A stretch of 63,065 nt of DNA, the filler included, from Octopus bimaculoides (lineage: Eukaryota), in assembly GCF_001194135.2 (NCBI RefSeq). It is 5 parts of 5 records of this genome, joined end to end, with 100 filler letters (N's around TTAATTAATTAA, not from the genome) between each part and the next. Parts side by side here need not be neighbours in the genome. Positions count along the whole stretch, not along the records: positions 22,344 to 34,075 come from NC_068996.1; positions 34,176 to 52,428 come from NC_068983.1; 3 more parts are not named here. One strand, given 5' to 3'. Positions within the stretch are counted from its first letter, which is position 1; every line of letters begins with the position of its first letter. Below, piece after piece: positions 22,344 through 37,880 of the stretch. The position numbers and the translations under genes are program-made. The notes below the pieces were generated by a model, which saw only the letters and a program-made list of their open reading frames with translations, had not been told where the DNA came from and searched no databases.

Positions 22344-22585
22344 CCCAGGTTCGCCCCAAGATCGTCGTCGTACCTTCCCTCCACTAATCCACTATAGAAT
22401 GCGTTAGTTGTGATGCAGTCGCTCAAGGTTGACCCAGGTTGTTGGAGTTGCCGAAGAGCAGCGCGACACTCGCGGTGCCATTCGCCCTTCCTCGGCCTCT
22501 TCTTGATCCACGACTGCAGTTCGGTCATGGAGACGAGCTGCGGAAAAGCGCGCCGCACAAACGGCGACCACACCTGTTCACCGTT
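22344..22585 (-). mobile_element. L1/Tx1-like ORF2 fragment
   Basis: open GC-rich frame WSPFVRRAFPQLVSMTELQSWIKKRPRKGEWHREC...FYSGLVEGRYDDDLG resembles, from memory, the region upstream of the zinc knuckle in cephalopod Tx1-like ORF2; no catalytic motif in view. Confidence 0.45.
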
Positions 22586-22625
<40 letters not shown>

Positions 22626-23290
22626 CTAACAGTGATAGACAGACAGACAGGCAGACAGTCCGATTTCTGGCTGGTTTTTGGTTGATTAAATGGTCAGATA
22701 GACTGATTTCTTGCTTGATTGCTTTGTCAGGTTGTTGGCTGGTTGGCTGGTTGGCTGGTTGGCTGATTGGCTGGTTGGTTGGTTGGTTGATTGGTTCTCA
22801 GAGTAATTTCTTGATTGATTAATAACTTGATTGAATAGCTGATTGGAGGGCTGCTTGGTTGATCGATTAATATGTTGATTGGTTCATCGTCTAGTTGTTT
22901 ATCAAATAAGTTTGTTGGTTGATCACTGACATGGGTGATATGGTATTATTGTTGTTTTGATTTCATGCAGTACAGTTCTATAAAATGCGAATCGAATGTT
23001 CTGCAATGTGACATTCTGAAACTACTCTTTTCCTATCAACATCAAACTTTATTTCTGCATGATTAGATTTGGTAGAAGCCGTAGCAGAGGCAGTTAGTGC
23101 GGACTGAGTGAGAGTATAACAATTACTGTACCTATGAACTGAGGGGACAGCAGATCGTTATAGCAGTATGTTACTCTACCCAAATACGTGCTCTGAAATT
23201 TTCATCATTTAACAAGCATCTCAGCCGTGGTTTTGGAATATATTTTAAATTTTTTCTGATGCAATATAGTTCAAACTTGGTTAACTAGTA

Positions 23291-23476
23291 CAGTGCTCCA
23301 CAACCTTTTTTAACTTGCGGTACACCTATATTATTTTCAAAATTCGGCGGCACACCTGAACTAAAGATATAACTAAGAGTATAAAGAAAAAAATTATATT
23401 CAGGTTACACCTCAGCACACATAACATCGTCTCGTGGCAGACCAGTGTGCCGCAACATAGCGGTTGCGGTGCACTG
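23291..23476. mobile_element. hAT/Charlie-type MITE
   Basis: TIRs cagtgctccacaacc / ggttgcggtgcactg (13/15); 8-bp TSD aactagta (23283-23290) / atctagta (23477-23484) with central TA. Confidence 0.85.
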
Positions 23477-24373
23477 ATCTAGTATATTAATCCAATAAAG
23501 ATGTCAAAGTACCACTGGAAGATCTGACTGCTATTTGAAGCAGGTTAAGTAGCAACATTAGCTCCTTCATTGGCGCGTATTCAGTTGTTTGCTTACTTCC
23601 TTGGGTTGATGGTTGATCATTGGAACTGACTGTAATATATCATATTGGTGTGACTTGTTTGTCAAGTTCACTAGTGAAAGGTAATTTGTGTTGTTGTTGT
23701 TGATTATTGTGACGGTGGCGGTGGTAGTGGTGGTAGTGAAGTTAGAGATTATGGTGATGATGATTATGTTGTTGCAGCTTATTTGTATGTCTTTCGTGGG
23801 CAAAATGTGAACCCTTTTTAACCTGGTCTTGCTTGTTTAAGCCTTTTATAGTTCATTTATAGTTCTGTAGGACTATATTAAGCAAGGTATCGATTCTTTT
23901 TTAAATGGTAAGATTTAATTTCAGGTAGATTTCGTTGCTAATATTAGCAGATCAAATGACCGCATTTGTAAAAATTCTCTCGTAGCATCGTGAAGTTGGT
24001 GTAATTGGATGATTGGCTAGTAGAGTTAATCGGTGAGGGTTGGATAATGAAGTTTTTTGGTCTGCTAGTGACTAGCTAATTATCTGATTGGTTGAGTTGT
24101 TCGTAGAATAGTTACTTGTTTGGCAGGTTTGGTGGTGAGTGAAATACACGTTTTATTTAGCTTCACTATTCAGTACTCATTTCACTTACTGCTGCTTCAA
24201 TTGTTTACTTTACGTAATTGATTTTCCTCTTGCAGCCGATTGCTATCGCACATTTTGTGTGTATCTATGTGAGGGTGTGTATGATACAAATACACAGACA
24301 CGCACACACACGCGTACGCACGCACGAACGTGCGTGTGTGTGTGCGCGCGCTTGTGTGTGAGAGTGTGTGCGT

Positions 24374-24665
24374 GTGGCTATGTGTCAAGAAGCTTGCTTC
24401 CCTACTACAAGGTGCCACTTGATGGCACCTTGGGCAAGTGCCATCTACTATAGCCTCGGGCCGACGAAAAACCTTGTGAAAGGATTTGTTAGACAGGAGA
24501 AACTCTGGAAGCCTGTCGTTTATGTGTGTATGTACATGTATGTCTATACGTGTGTGCGTGTCCCTGTGTGTTTATACAGCACCAGTATTGACAGCCGGTG
24601 TTGGTGTGTTTCCGTCCTCGTGCAAAAGAGAAAGACAGAATAAGCACCAGATTTTGAAAAAATTA
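24374..24665 (+). mobile_element. SINE family A, diverged, tail missing
   Basis: gtggctatgtgtcaagaagcttgcttccc...ggcaccttgggcaagtg...gcaaaagagaaagacagaataag. Confidence 0.8.
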
Positions 24666-25707
24666 TACGAACAGACCCATGTACTTATGCTTTTTAAGCC
24701 TGGTACTTAAGAGGATTCGCTAGGCTGACTTCCTTTTCACACATTACATCAAGAAAAGTTCTTCCAGTTTTAACGCAACCATCCATTAATGGTTTCAAGA
24801 CATTCTGTAGTAAACAACGTTATTCTTGCTTTATATATTCCCTAAATGCTTCTATCATTGTACTTTCGATGATATTTTTTCTACCTTCATATTCCATTTC
24901 TGAAGTTCTTTCCACTTACTGTTTTGGTTAGGAAAGATTACATCTATAATTTCAACGGGAGACACTGCTATCTGTTTTTACATTTAATTACTTTCTTTAT
25001 GAATGCACTGGAGAAGGACGTGAATCTCAACTTATCTACTTCATTCCACGCAAAAATCGTACTTTGTAACTGAATAAAAGTAATCATTATTGATAAGGAA
25101 ATACCATAATCTTCAAAGTGACCATCGTATGCCTGAATTAGTCTACATAGTGCGAGTTAAACAGAAATAGATAGATATGTTGTAGCTCTTGTAGAAGTAA
25201 TGTAGTCCGTTCTATTGGCAACGCAGTTCCTTTAGGGATGTTCGATTGATTCCAGAAACAAAAGGTGTACTTATAACCTGCAGACAGTTGTTATATAAAT
25301 GAAAGGTGATTACTTATATGTAAAATAGTGAAAATGGGGCCTCGTAATACATTTGAATACAAGCATTTGCATTTATGAAAAACAAAATTTTTGTTTAGAC
25401 ATTATGAGTTAAAAACAAGATTGTGTTTTTCTCGGTTTCTATACTTTTCACTCACATATTCAGAAAACATTGGTGATGGGAATATACTGTTCCAAAAACT
25501 GAACGAGCGTCATATAAAAATATCATTTTTATTTATTTGTTTTGTTATGCATTTATATAGATATGCTTACGCACGCATTCGTCTATGTATGTATGTATGT
25601 ACGTGTATCTATGTGAGTGTGTATACACACACTCACGAACATATATCTGTGAGTGCATATACGTATGTATACAGAAGTGTCTGTTTATATATATATATAT
25701 AAAGACT

Positions 25708-25762
<55 letters not shown>

Positions 25763-27087
25763 TCAGAGAATCAGAGGCAGCCCGACCAACAGAGTGAACT
25801 ACATGGTACATGTCTAAAGCCATATCATTCCTTCTCTGGTCTCGTTTGTTAGCAGGTTTAGCTAAGGCAAAATAAGTTCTGTTGTAGATGTATAAGAATG
25901 AAAGCATAACTAACACGAAAGTAATATTGAGCAATAACAGTCTTTTGAAATTATTCGTAATATTATGCCTTCATTATATCTCCCACTGGCAGAATCGCTA
26001 CCGTTGTTTAACCTCTGCGGCAACCCAAATTAAGCAAATTAATGATTAAAAGACATTCCACTTTTGATCATATGCCCTTTTCCATGGAACTATGTTATCT
26101 AATTTGGGGATTTTGTTTAATATAACAAAATGTGATTTGAGGAAATCTGGTTACTATTTTTACTATTTCAATCCAACATGCAAATGCATGTCATTGGCCC
26201 GTTCTCCTACAATTAAACAGGCAAGTTCCCATTTGTGCTGAATTACCTAATCTAACAGTTAACCTGCTGGACTCATGCTCGTAAAGCTGTGAGTTTGATT
26301 CTGGAACAGACAGTGTGTTGAGAGCATAGGGAAGGTATTTTATTTCACGTTACGCCAGCCCACTAAACTGAAAATGATTTACAACTACAGCGGATTGGCG
26401 CCTCATTGACTATACTCAAATGCAAGATATCAAAGTCCGTTGATATTTTACTGCACAGTGGCTGATTATGATGTTTTCTTTCATATTTGTGCCAAATATT
26501 GATTTTCCTTGACTTAGGTGATTGTCAGAGAATGTATTTAATGAATATAAATGATTGAAATGCTCTCAGCATATTACCAATACCAAACGCTAAGGAGAAG
26601 CTATGCTTTTAAAACAAAAAAGAAAATACTTGTATATCAAGTGGAACAAAAGACTAGTGATTTCTTAGAACTTCGCACATACAGGTATATTTTAATGAAT
26701 TTAAGATATGGGATTCTAGCTTCAACCCACAAGTAACATCAGAGTGAAGCAGAGCAAAGTTCTGGATGGCAATGTCTTGAAGAACGGTTCCAAATGTGGA
26801 TAAGTGGACTAAAATGACTCGACTGCAAATTTCTCATCATATGTGTGTGTGTGTACTCATCATAGCCAGTTACAATTTTCAATTGTGGTCATCACTCTAT
26901 TTACTTGATTACACACACACATATATGTATGTATATATATACATATATACATACATATATATATATGTATGCATATTTATATACATATATACATATACAT
27001 ATATTTATATGTGTATGTATGTCTATATATATATACATATATATATGTATGTATATGTCTATATATATACATATATATGTATAGGCA

Positions 27088-27118
<31 letters not shown>

Positions 27119-27119
27119 A

Positions 27120-27206
<87 letters not shown>

Positions 27207-27577
27207 TTACATATTTATATACATTGATACGTAAAGCACATAAATCAATAAACAAAGCCACATGTCATGCAGACATGACAGGTATTCTAACCATTGGACG
27301 AAACAAATCTGTTGAGTTTTTCTGTCTATTTTATAAACATTATTTTTCGCAATATTTACATGCTTTATAGATTCAGGTATACTTCGAGAGCCACTGTTCC
27401 CAAAAAAGGTGTGCGCGCGCGTGTTTGTGTGTGTGTGTGTGTGTGCGTGTCTTTGTATACATATATGTTTCTGACGTTTACTCTCCATCTATTTACCTAT
27501 TGTTACACACACGCACGCACATACACATATGGTTGCACTCACATATACATACGCACATACATACGCACATACATACA

Positions 27578-27610
<33 letters not shown>

Positions 27611-28712
27611 GCACACATACATGCATACACACATACATACATTCATGCATACATACATACATGTATACATACACACACACGCACACATGGATACATACAT
27701 ACGTACCTACATACATACATACATACATACATACATACATACTTACTGCAGTATATTTTAACTGAGGTCAAAAACCAGCCGTTCCACATGTGCATTAATG
27801 ATGATAAACCTATATTAAAAATGAAAGCGACACGGAATATAGAATTTTTGAAATAGTATCATTTCACTGTGAAAGCATGCACAACGTGAGCTCCGATTAG
27901 CCCTTAAGTGGCTACAAATTTGAATGATCCACGATGTCTAAATGAACTGGTCTAAGTTAACGATGACCGCATTGGGATTGCTAACCTCTGATAATGTTAA
28001 ACAGCTCAAATAACTCGAGTGCATTTTTAAAATCGCCCATAAAATTATACGCTTGCGACACGTGTGTTAGAAGCAGTGGAAGCATATTGGGTATATGTCG
28101 CGGAGGTGTGCAGATCTGGACATTACATACATGCACACACACACATATACACGCGCGCGCGCACATGCACACACACATACGCATACACAGATGCACATGC
28201 ACACACACATACGTACACACAGATGTACATGCACACACGCACTCGCACACACATGTGTATACAATGTATGTGTATATTATAAATATACATACCGATGCAT
28301 ATATATATATATATATANNNNNNNNNNNNNNNNNNNNNNNNNNNNNNNNNNNNNNNNNNNNNNNNNNNNNNNNNNNNNNNNNNNNNNNNNNNNNNNNNNN
28401 NNNNNNNNNNNNNNNNNNNNNNNNNNNNNNNNNNNNNNNNNNNNNNNNNNNNNNNNNNNNNNNNNNNNNNNNNNNNNNNNNNNNNNNNNNNNNNNNNNNN
28501 NNNNNNNNNNNNNNNNNNNNNNNNNNNNNNNNNNNNNNNNNNNNNNNNNNNNNNNNNNNNNNNNNNNNNNNNNNNNNNNNNNNNNNNNNNNNNNNNNNNN
28601 NNNNNNNNNNNNNNNNNNNNNNNNNNNNNNNNNNNNNNNNNNNNNNNNNNNNNNNNNNNNNNNNNNNNNNNNNNNNNNNNNNNNNNNNNNNNNNNNNNNN
28701 NNNNNNNNNNNN

Positions 28713-28763
<51 letters not shown>

Positions 28764-29698
28764 TCATATGTGCATGCACACACACATACACACACAAATA
28801 CCTTTCATATTAGGATCATTGCGTCAATGCTATTCTTTGTTAACTTCCGAACGACACGGGCCTATGACCAAAGGCATATCATCGTTGACCATCATGACTT
28901 GTTCCAATGCGCTAGAAACTCGTAATGGCATTATTAAACGTGAACTTCTTATAAGACTGCAAGATGTGACATGAGGAAAATTTAGTTGCTACTTCTCGAT
29001 GGGCTAGTCATATCCTCGTCACTTCTATAGCTATTATAGATGCTGAAGTGAGATATATATGTGTGTATATTGGGTATTCCTAAGTGCTGTGTCATATGGT
29101 GAGTTTTATGACGAATTATTTTAGTCATGACTTTATATTTCTATCAGTCTTATAGATTTTAATATATTAATCACCTATATGTAAATTATTCTCATTGTCC
29201 CACAACGTTCGTTCTCTTTCTCACTGTTCCTTTTCAGCCTTGCACTTACACACTAACAGAATCTTTTCATTTCTATCTCCCATTCCCCTCCTCTTCATTT
29301 TCCCGTCTCTTCCCATCTCCCCTTAGTTTCTGCATAACTTGTCTCATTAAGTTTCACATAATCATATCGTTCTCTTCGTAATCCTCTCCCTTCCTGCCAG
29401 TCTAACAACCTATTAGTTACCTCCTTCTTTCTCTCATTATCACTTACTTCTCCCAAACCCAGTTTCTTTTTCTGTCTTCTCTCTTCTTCTCTACTCTCTC
29501 TTGCATAATCATACTCTTTCTTTTATTCACTCTCACTCATTTCTCTCTCTGTTTTTCTTTATAGTCATTTTCATCTCTATTACAAATATAAATCAGGATT
29601 TTCTGCGTCCCTATCTTGAAACTCTGACTCATTTTGATTCCCACCCTAGTCTTTTAATGCTCCGTTTCACAATCTTTCTCCCTACCTTTACATTTTGA

Positions 29699-29753
<55 letters not shown>

Positions 29754-30190
29754 NNNNNNNNNNNNNNNNNNNNNNNNNNNNNNNNNNNNNNNNNNNNNNN
29801 NNNNNNNNNNNNNNNNNNNNNNNNNNNNNNNNNNNNNNNNNNNNNNNNNNNNNNNNNNNNNNNNNNNNNNNNNNNNNNNNNNNNNNNNNNNNNNNNNNNN
29901 NNNNNNNNNNNNNNNNNNNNNNNNNNNNNNNNNNNNNNNNNNNNNNNNNNNNNNNNNNNNNNNNNNNNNNNNNNNNNNNNNNNNNNNNNNNNNNNNNNNN
30001 NNNNNNNNNNNNNNNNNNNNNNNNNNNNNNNNNNNNNNNNNNNNNNNNNNNNNNNNNNNNNNNNNNNNNNNNNNNNNNNNNNNNNNNNNNNNNNNNNNNN
30101 NNNNNNNNNNNNNNNNNNNNNNNNNNNNNNNNNNNNNNNNNNNNNNNNNNNNNNNNNNNNNNNNNNNNNNNNNNNNNNNNNNNNNNNNNN

Positions 30191-30252
<62 letters not shown>

Positions 30253-31881
30253 CACACAACAATACATACACACACTGCTACACATACTTGTTCCCACGTA
30301 GAGACACACACTAACACACGTAGCCTTACATATTCGAAGTGCTTTATGAAACGGTGAATTTTAAAATACAAATATGGTAAAAAAAATTAAAAATTAAAAA
30401 TTAAAGAGTATTGTAGCATAAGCTATTAGGTTCAAATTAAGTAGTGACCGTCGTAAAGAGCATATTTTCCTGGGCTAGCAAATTTTGCCACCCGGTTTCA
30501 AATTTTAAGAATCACTGGCTTTTCATTTTTCTTTTATTTCTTTAAAGTTAACATGTGGCTACCCTCTGCTTTATCACTTGACCTGCTAGAAAAATAGTTA
30601 ATGTAGTCCTAGGCAAACAAAGAATAATAACTCGTGCGTTCATGGTTGGAATGCTTTTGATCACACGCCTGTTTGATCAAGGCTAACTTTGAGCTAAACA
30701 ACTGCAATTTCTTATTTAATAATTGTTGTCCTTGAGAAAGCCTTGATGACCATAACCATTGAAAATCTTTTCAGCGCAATTAGTAATGAGTTCAGAGCTG
30801 TAATTTAGTTTTGCCAGACTGCTTTTGCCATTTCAAATTCTGTTTTTACATCTCTGAAAGAACTGGCTGCAAATTAATTATCATTAATATACTTGAATTT
30901 GTTGTCTTTCCTGCTGCTGTTGTGGCTCCGTCGTAGGCTGAACTTGCCTGAGCGGATGTAGGATGAAAGGTATCACAAACGTTACCTTTTCGTCTTTATT
31001 ATATTAGGACTACATTATGGAATGTGTTCTTCTTTCGAGACAGTAAGATGCGATTTGAAGGAATCTAGCTTTTATTTATTACAGATTGCGATACCACATA
31101 GAGATCTTTCCCTTGGTAAAGGTGATAGCTTTGGTGTGGCATTTTAAAATAAATTAGTAAAACTCCGCTCAGAATATAAATATTTACTAAATAAAAAGGA
31201 AAGAAATTCTTTTCAGCTATCTATTGCAGTTGGTTATTAGTTGTAAGAACTGCATCTAATAAAAACGACAGTAAAAGAATCCCACCCTGTCACTAAATAC
31301 ACAATTTCTGTTTGAGACATAAGAGAAACAATATACTGACTATATAGCCATTATAATCAGAACCGTAATATTAGTTAATTTTAGGAGGTCTTCATTTGCT
31401 GTGGTACGGTGTAACTAATTTTTGTCATGTAAAATGGACAAGAATGCACAGATTAATTCGGATGTTTAACTTAAACACTGACAGAGACATGAGTGCAAAT
31501 GTTTTGCCCTTTTTTCTTCTTTTCTTTTTACGATTCTGGAAGCCTGTTTCTCTGTAACAGTACCATCATAATCTGTGAAATATCATAGTGCTATCGACTC
31601 ATGAGGAGCCTATGAGATTTCCAGCAAGAGAGACCCTATACAATCGTTCGGTCTGCTATAAATAGCAGAATCACAAGACATTCTTTTTTCCCTTAATCAA
31701 AAAAACAGAATACATTATATAATGAACTCTCAGGTACACTTATATCTGAAACACATCGCTTACGGTGGGTAGAATGACTCTGATTGTCGATATGGAAGAT
31801 TACGATTGACCTAGAGTGAAACAACAATAACTATTAATTCAGAAACAGCAAAAACAAAGAGCAACAACTAATTATGCATAT

Positions 31882-32130
31882 ATTAACGTGCAAGAAGCTG
31901 AGCACTTGACAGGCATGAACGTAGTTCTCAGGGAGATTTAGCGTGATGCAGAATGTAACAATGATGGCTCTTTGAAATATAAGTACTACTCATTTTTGCC
32001 TGCTGAGTGTGGACTCGAGCAACATGGAATGAAGCGTCTTGCTCAAGGACACAATACACCGCTGGGAATCGAACTCACGGCTTTAAGATCGTATGCCGAA
32101 TACACTAATTACAAAACCACGCGTCTTCAC
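31882..32130 (-). mobile_element. SINE family D, partial
   Basis: cgtagttctcagggagatttagcgtga...gctcaaggacacaa...gggaatcgaactcacg; aligns with 61601-61913. Confidence 0.8.
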
Positions 32131-32133
32131 CAC

Positions 32134-32224
<91 letters not shown>

Positions 32225-33138
32225 TGTATATGCGTGCTGGTTTGGGTGTGTGGCTGTGTACCATACATACATTCTTACATACACCAGCAGCACAGTAAGT
32301 ATTACATTCAATTTTCTGTCCCTATAATTATAAAAGGTTAAGCCGACCTTTCATAACTTTCACTTGAATGTATGGCATTACAGTTATATTAAATCACTGT
32401 GAATTCACATTACTTCATTCTATTGAATCATCTAATAGTTATTAATAATACTGAATATATTCCGGGGTGGGGGGGAGTTCTGATTTTTTTGTTTTAAATA
32501 ACTCATTCTAAATTATGTCAATTTACTTTTAAAACATCAGCGATGCAATTAATATGCAATATTAATTGAATCATTGTGATATATATGAAAGAAACAACAA
32601 AACAAACAAACAGGAAAAACAAGTAAAAACTAAATATTTCATTTGAATTCTGTTTTCCGTACATATTATTTTAAAATTTCACTCTATGGAAGTAACATGA
32701 TAGAGTTTATCGCTTGAGTTGCTTAACTCGTTCATAATACGGACAATTTCTTTCTCTGTGTTTATCTTTCTAAAGCAAACTCTCCTTTTCACATCAACAC
32801 TGTCATTGCACAATACTCCAAGAAATATGCCAAGCTAACCGTGTAGCTACAATATGGGTACTAGATTTAATAGAGGTAGCAGACACAAAACTCCCTGAAC
32901 TCAAACGTTCTTGTGTTTCAAAAAGAAAAAGTCGGTGTGAAAGATAGATATATTGGATCTGAAAAAGCATATCAGACAAAAATGGTTAGAACACATTTAA
33001 TCATCGGTCAGGTGAACGATGGCAAATCTGGAGCTAAAATACATGAAATACCAGGAGTTTTCCTGTCACTTTTTCGAATATTTGTAGTTTAAAATACAAA
33101 ACCACATTTCTTCTCATTATCTACTTTTTCCTTCCTTT

Positions 33139-33220
<82 letters not shown>

Positions 33221-33445
33221 GAAGAAAGCTGGCTCAGTGGTTCGTGTATTCAGCTCACGATCTTAAGGCCGTGAGTTCGATTCCCGGTGGTGCACTGTGT
33301 CCTTGAGCAAGACGCTTTATTTCATGTTCATCCAGTCCAAACTCAGCTGGCAAAAATGAGTTATACTTATGATTCAAAGAGCCATCGTTGTCACATTCTG
33401 TGTCATCTTGAATATCCAAGAGAACGACGGAGTGCTAGTCCGTGC
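33221..33445 (+). mobile_element. SINE family D, internally deleted
   Basis: ggctcagtggttcg, gagttcgattcccgg, tgtgtccttgagcaagac, ends gacggagtgc. Confidence 0.8.
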
Positions 33446-34194
33446 TTGCGTGCACGACGCTTACCTCTTCTTTCTTAAATTTTCACATTTTAAAAAACCA
33501 AATATCACAGTAAAAGATTCATAATTTGAGCTACTCCAGCTCAGTTTTTACAACAGAGAATCAAATGAACTTTCAATAATAACCATTTACATCCTTTGGA
33601 CTAACAACACTTCTAATGGAGCAATACATAGCAGAAATAGTAGAGGGCGGGAAAAAATATTTAAAGTGTTCTTCATCTCTTAGGGTTAATAGCAGAACTA
33701 ATGATAGTGCTCATGAGTATAAGAGTCAAGTATATCTGCTTTTGTACGTATTCAATGACTAGTTATCTGATCCTAACATGATTTGTAAATTGTATACATT
33801 ATTGCAAATATATGATTTTCAAATGTATACATTCCAAAACCTGAAACAATCCCTTTCACTCTTATTTCATAGAATTAGGTAGCAATTCTACTGTTATTGT
33901 GATGTAGACGAACTTATATAAGTGTTTAGTATTATCTAACATGTGTTTGGGTATTACCTATGTAAAATTCAATTTTAATTTTCACGTTGCGTCGAAATAA
34001 CTGTAGTGAATAATAAATAATTGTCCAACTGTACTCATTATTCATGACCCTACTTTCTTAAATTATATATATATANNNNNNNNNNNNNNNNNNNNNNNNN
34101 NNNNNNNNNNNNNNNNNNNTTAATTAATTAANNNNNNNNNNNNNNNNNNNNNNNNNNNNNNNNNNNNNNNNNNNNCATACATACATACATACGT

Positions 34195-34269
<75 letters not shown>

Positions 34270-37200
34270 CATACACACACAATAATAACCCTTGTGCATT
34301 TTAATAGGAAACATGATGTTAATTATTTTGTTAATAGAATGCATGCGATCCTTTAACAGAAATAAATTTATTCAATAATTGCAATATAATAAAGATATAT
34401 CGTTTGTAATTATTTCCCTCCTTTTATCCAGCCACATCAGATAACAATTGAGCATTTGCACAATATTTGTTGTCTCCTGCTTCAATTTAGCTTGAAGCAT
34501 TTCTAAACTCAAATATACATGTAACAGTACTTCAGGTTGAAGTGGTCATTTTCCTATTTAATCAGAGTATTTCATTTATTATTGTCTTTCGATTCTCACC
34601 TACCATTCAACTTCCGCTAAATGCATACAGTAGATTACACCATCTTCTGTTACACGGGACATACCCTTTGAAAAGGTCACAATGTCATTGATTGTGGCTT
34701 TGTTCTGGAAGTACCTCTCATGTTCGTCTAGTTTATATTTTGGGAAGTTGACTCGATACTGTTGCATAATTTATATAAAACAAAATTAAAATTAGTATCT
34801 GGTCCATTAGACACAGAGGTTTCCATGCACACCAAGTCCTCTGCCTTTATCCTTTCCTAGTACTTGATAAGGGTGTCTCGTCCTAACACTCTCTGTTTTG
34901 CTACCTTTTCACTAACGCTTTGTATATCGCAAATGTAAAAAGTTAAAATTGTGCTCCGTACACTGCACACTGTATAAACGTTCTTTATATACAATATTTT
35001 AACAACTAGCATCGTACATTTCAGTAGAAACATACTCTCACAGAATTCACCCAACTCTCCAGCATCTAACTGCTAAAACATGACCAAGCGCAATTGGATG
35101 GATCCTTTCACTCCAAAGCTACATTCAACAGACCACATATCACCTCTCGATGGCATCATGAAACATTACATAGACATAGCAGCCAATTATTTCAAGGGAG
35201 GGTTTACACATTACATGCATCCTTTCTTCAGCAGGAGGGAAAAGATATCTCTTTATTTATATCTCGCTTCATCCGAATTCTAGAAAAGGAATTTCCCCAC
35301 ATCACATGGAGTTCCATTCGTACATCCCTTCACACGCCAGGAAATCGTAAATACCAAGTGTTTTGTCATAACAAACGCTATACACCTAACAGCTTGCCAC
35401 ATCCTTCAAAGCAAAAAACTGGTCTATCTTGTTGTTGTCACTAAAATACGCCCTGTTAATGACTATGGAAACATTGGCAGCTGAGAATTCAGAATGACCT
35501 TGCTGTCCCATATAAAATTACATTATATACAGATGAACATGGAATTTACAATTATTTTGAAGTTAGGAGGTACGCAAATACAAGTGAGAACAATAGCCTG
35601 TTATCAACGCAGGATAGGAACTGAGAAAGGGTCTAAACGGTGGTCTCAAGTGGGGGAATCTCTCGCTGTGATGTTCCCCGTGGTACATATAGATTCGGAC
35701 ATTGATACGCGACGTTGATTGTGGTATCTCTAATCAACGGACAATATTCCTTCGGATGGCAGTCGTGTAGGCCATTATTCCTGGACCTGAATCCAATCCT
35801 TGCAGTGAAGAAGCCATTTCACACAGCTTCTCTATCATCAATTTCCTTTCGATGTGTGATTTAGTTTTATTATTAGAATTATAGAACCTTTTCTAAATTT
35901 CAGAAATAACATAGGGTTAACATCAATGCAGTTTTTCCAGTCTTAAATTTGGCAGATATATCGTGCAACGAATGAACAATGAAAGACCATATCATTTACA
36001 AAAGTGACAGTTTCTCGTGCATAGTTATCCATGCTAAATTTAATGATAGATATTGTGACTTCAAAAATATGAATGTTCTTTAACGTAAATAGGAAAATTG
36101 CGTGATTTCACAGGTTTTATTATCATCTACTAGCAGCGGGTAACACCTGAAAGTAGTTATTTACAGCAAATTATCTGAGAACACACACCGAGAAAAGAAA
36201 ACCGGCTGATGCCAAATATCGAAGACAAATATAAGGTTGGAAGCACACCCTTGTATGCAGCGAAATGCAACAATCGTTCATTATTTTCATCCAATGATTA
36301 CAAATAATAGCAACACAATAAACAGCAAGAACAAAAAAACCAGTTTAATGGCTGGAACGAATGCAAAAATTATGAGATAATAATGACTTCAACAACGACC
36401 ATCGGACAATGTCCCAGACGGAAAGACGAGACGTCTAAAAATAGAAATATTCCAAACATAACAAATTTATCGGATACTGGAAGAAGTGAATTCCTGAAGA
36501 TGAGACAAACATCGCTTTGTTGTGTTTCATTCTCCGTAAATATTGCATTATACCATTAATCCATCTATCTAGCTTCATTCAACTATACTTATACATATAA
36601 TTTTATTGAAGTAAAACCAGTTTACTACAGTATTTTAAGAATTTTTATTCATTTGTTACATTCCATAAACTCACCTAAAACTCACCTGAACACAAACAAC
36701 AGCAAGAATTGTTCCCTCCTCTTCTAACGGGGGGAAAGAAAATGGGAGGTACGTTAATAAAGTTCACCAGTCCTATTGGAATTTGGCCAGCCATGCAACC
36801 ATATGTTGTTTTTCAGTTTAAGGTTAACCCTGTTTCACCATATGTCTTTCAGAGTGAATAGATATAATCCAAAGATATTTCTTTCTATCAGGTACGGCAC
36901 CAGACACTGAAGTTCGAAGCAAATTATATACAGCAATCATGAACCCTCGTTCCAACCGTGCAACACAATGAAAGAGATATATTAAAATATGAGTTTGTTA
37001 TTTGAATTCATTTTTATATCTTAGGCGAGCATTGTATGCCTTGTGCTAATGAAGAAAACAGTTACTGTTTTCTATACATATCTCGGCACCGCCTGTGCAC
37101 TTGCACAAGTCATGTTTGTCTGGATTTAGAGACCTTGTAAAACTGATACTTTTTTTTCTGTTGCTGGTGTGATCCATTGGTCTCAAAGTTTTCAGTAACA

Positions 37201-37880
37201 AAAGCTCATACTCATGGAAACTCCAACTATTACAAGAACGCAAGAAAGAAAAAGAAGCCGCAAAGAATCACAAGATCCGCCTCTAATGGGAAACCGAACG
37301 AACATTCAATAGCGCAGAGTTCGAATTTTTATGCTATTGAATATAAACGTTTAAACGTTTTGAGATATATTGATATTAAGAGCAAAATACCACAAAGGCA
37401 CAGCTTTGTATTATTTCGAATAATTCTCTGGTTGTGCTGAGAGAACCAGGGTATTAAAAAGCTCTACATTTATCCACACCAAGGAAACGCCAGTGAAAAT
37501 GTGATTGCAGCTGGCAGCGGATTGTTTCATTATAACTCAAAATGACACAGTTGGCACTTCATAAACTGTTCGTTGATATAAATTAATCTAATCTCTATTG
37601 TACTGTTTAATGCTGTGAGTGTCGTCATCAGTACGGAAATTTTAGAAATTATATTCAAATTCATTTGTTTGCCTCTCTCGAAAGCTCCAGTGGAGATAAT
37701 TAAATTTGTTCTAGCGCTTTTCCTACAACACACATACACTTGATCTCCTCTTATATCTTACAATTCTCGTGAGAGCCAGAGAATGAAATGTCACTTGTTT
37801 AATATCGTTGTTTGATAGAGAAATTCTTGGAAGAAATGATTACTGTAATCTGGCAGCAGGCTTATTGTACGATTCTGCTT

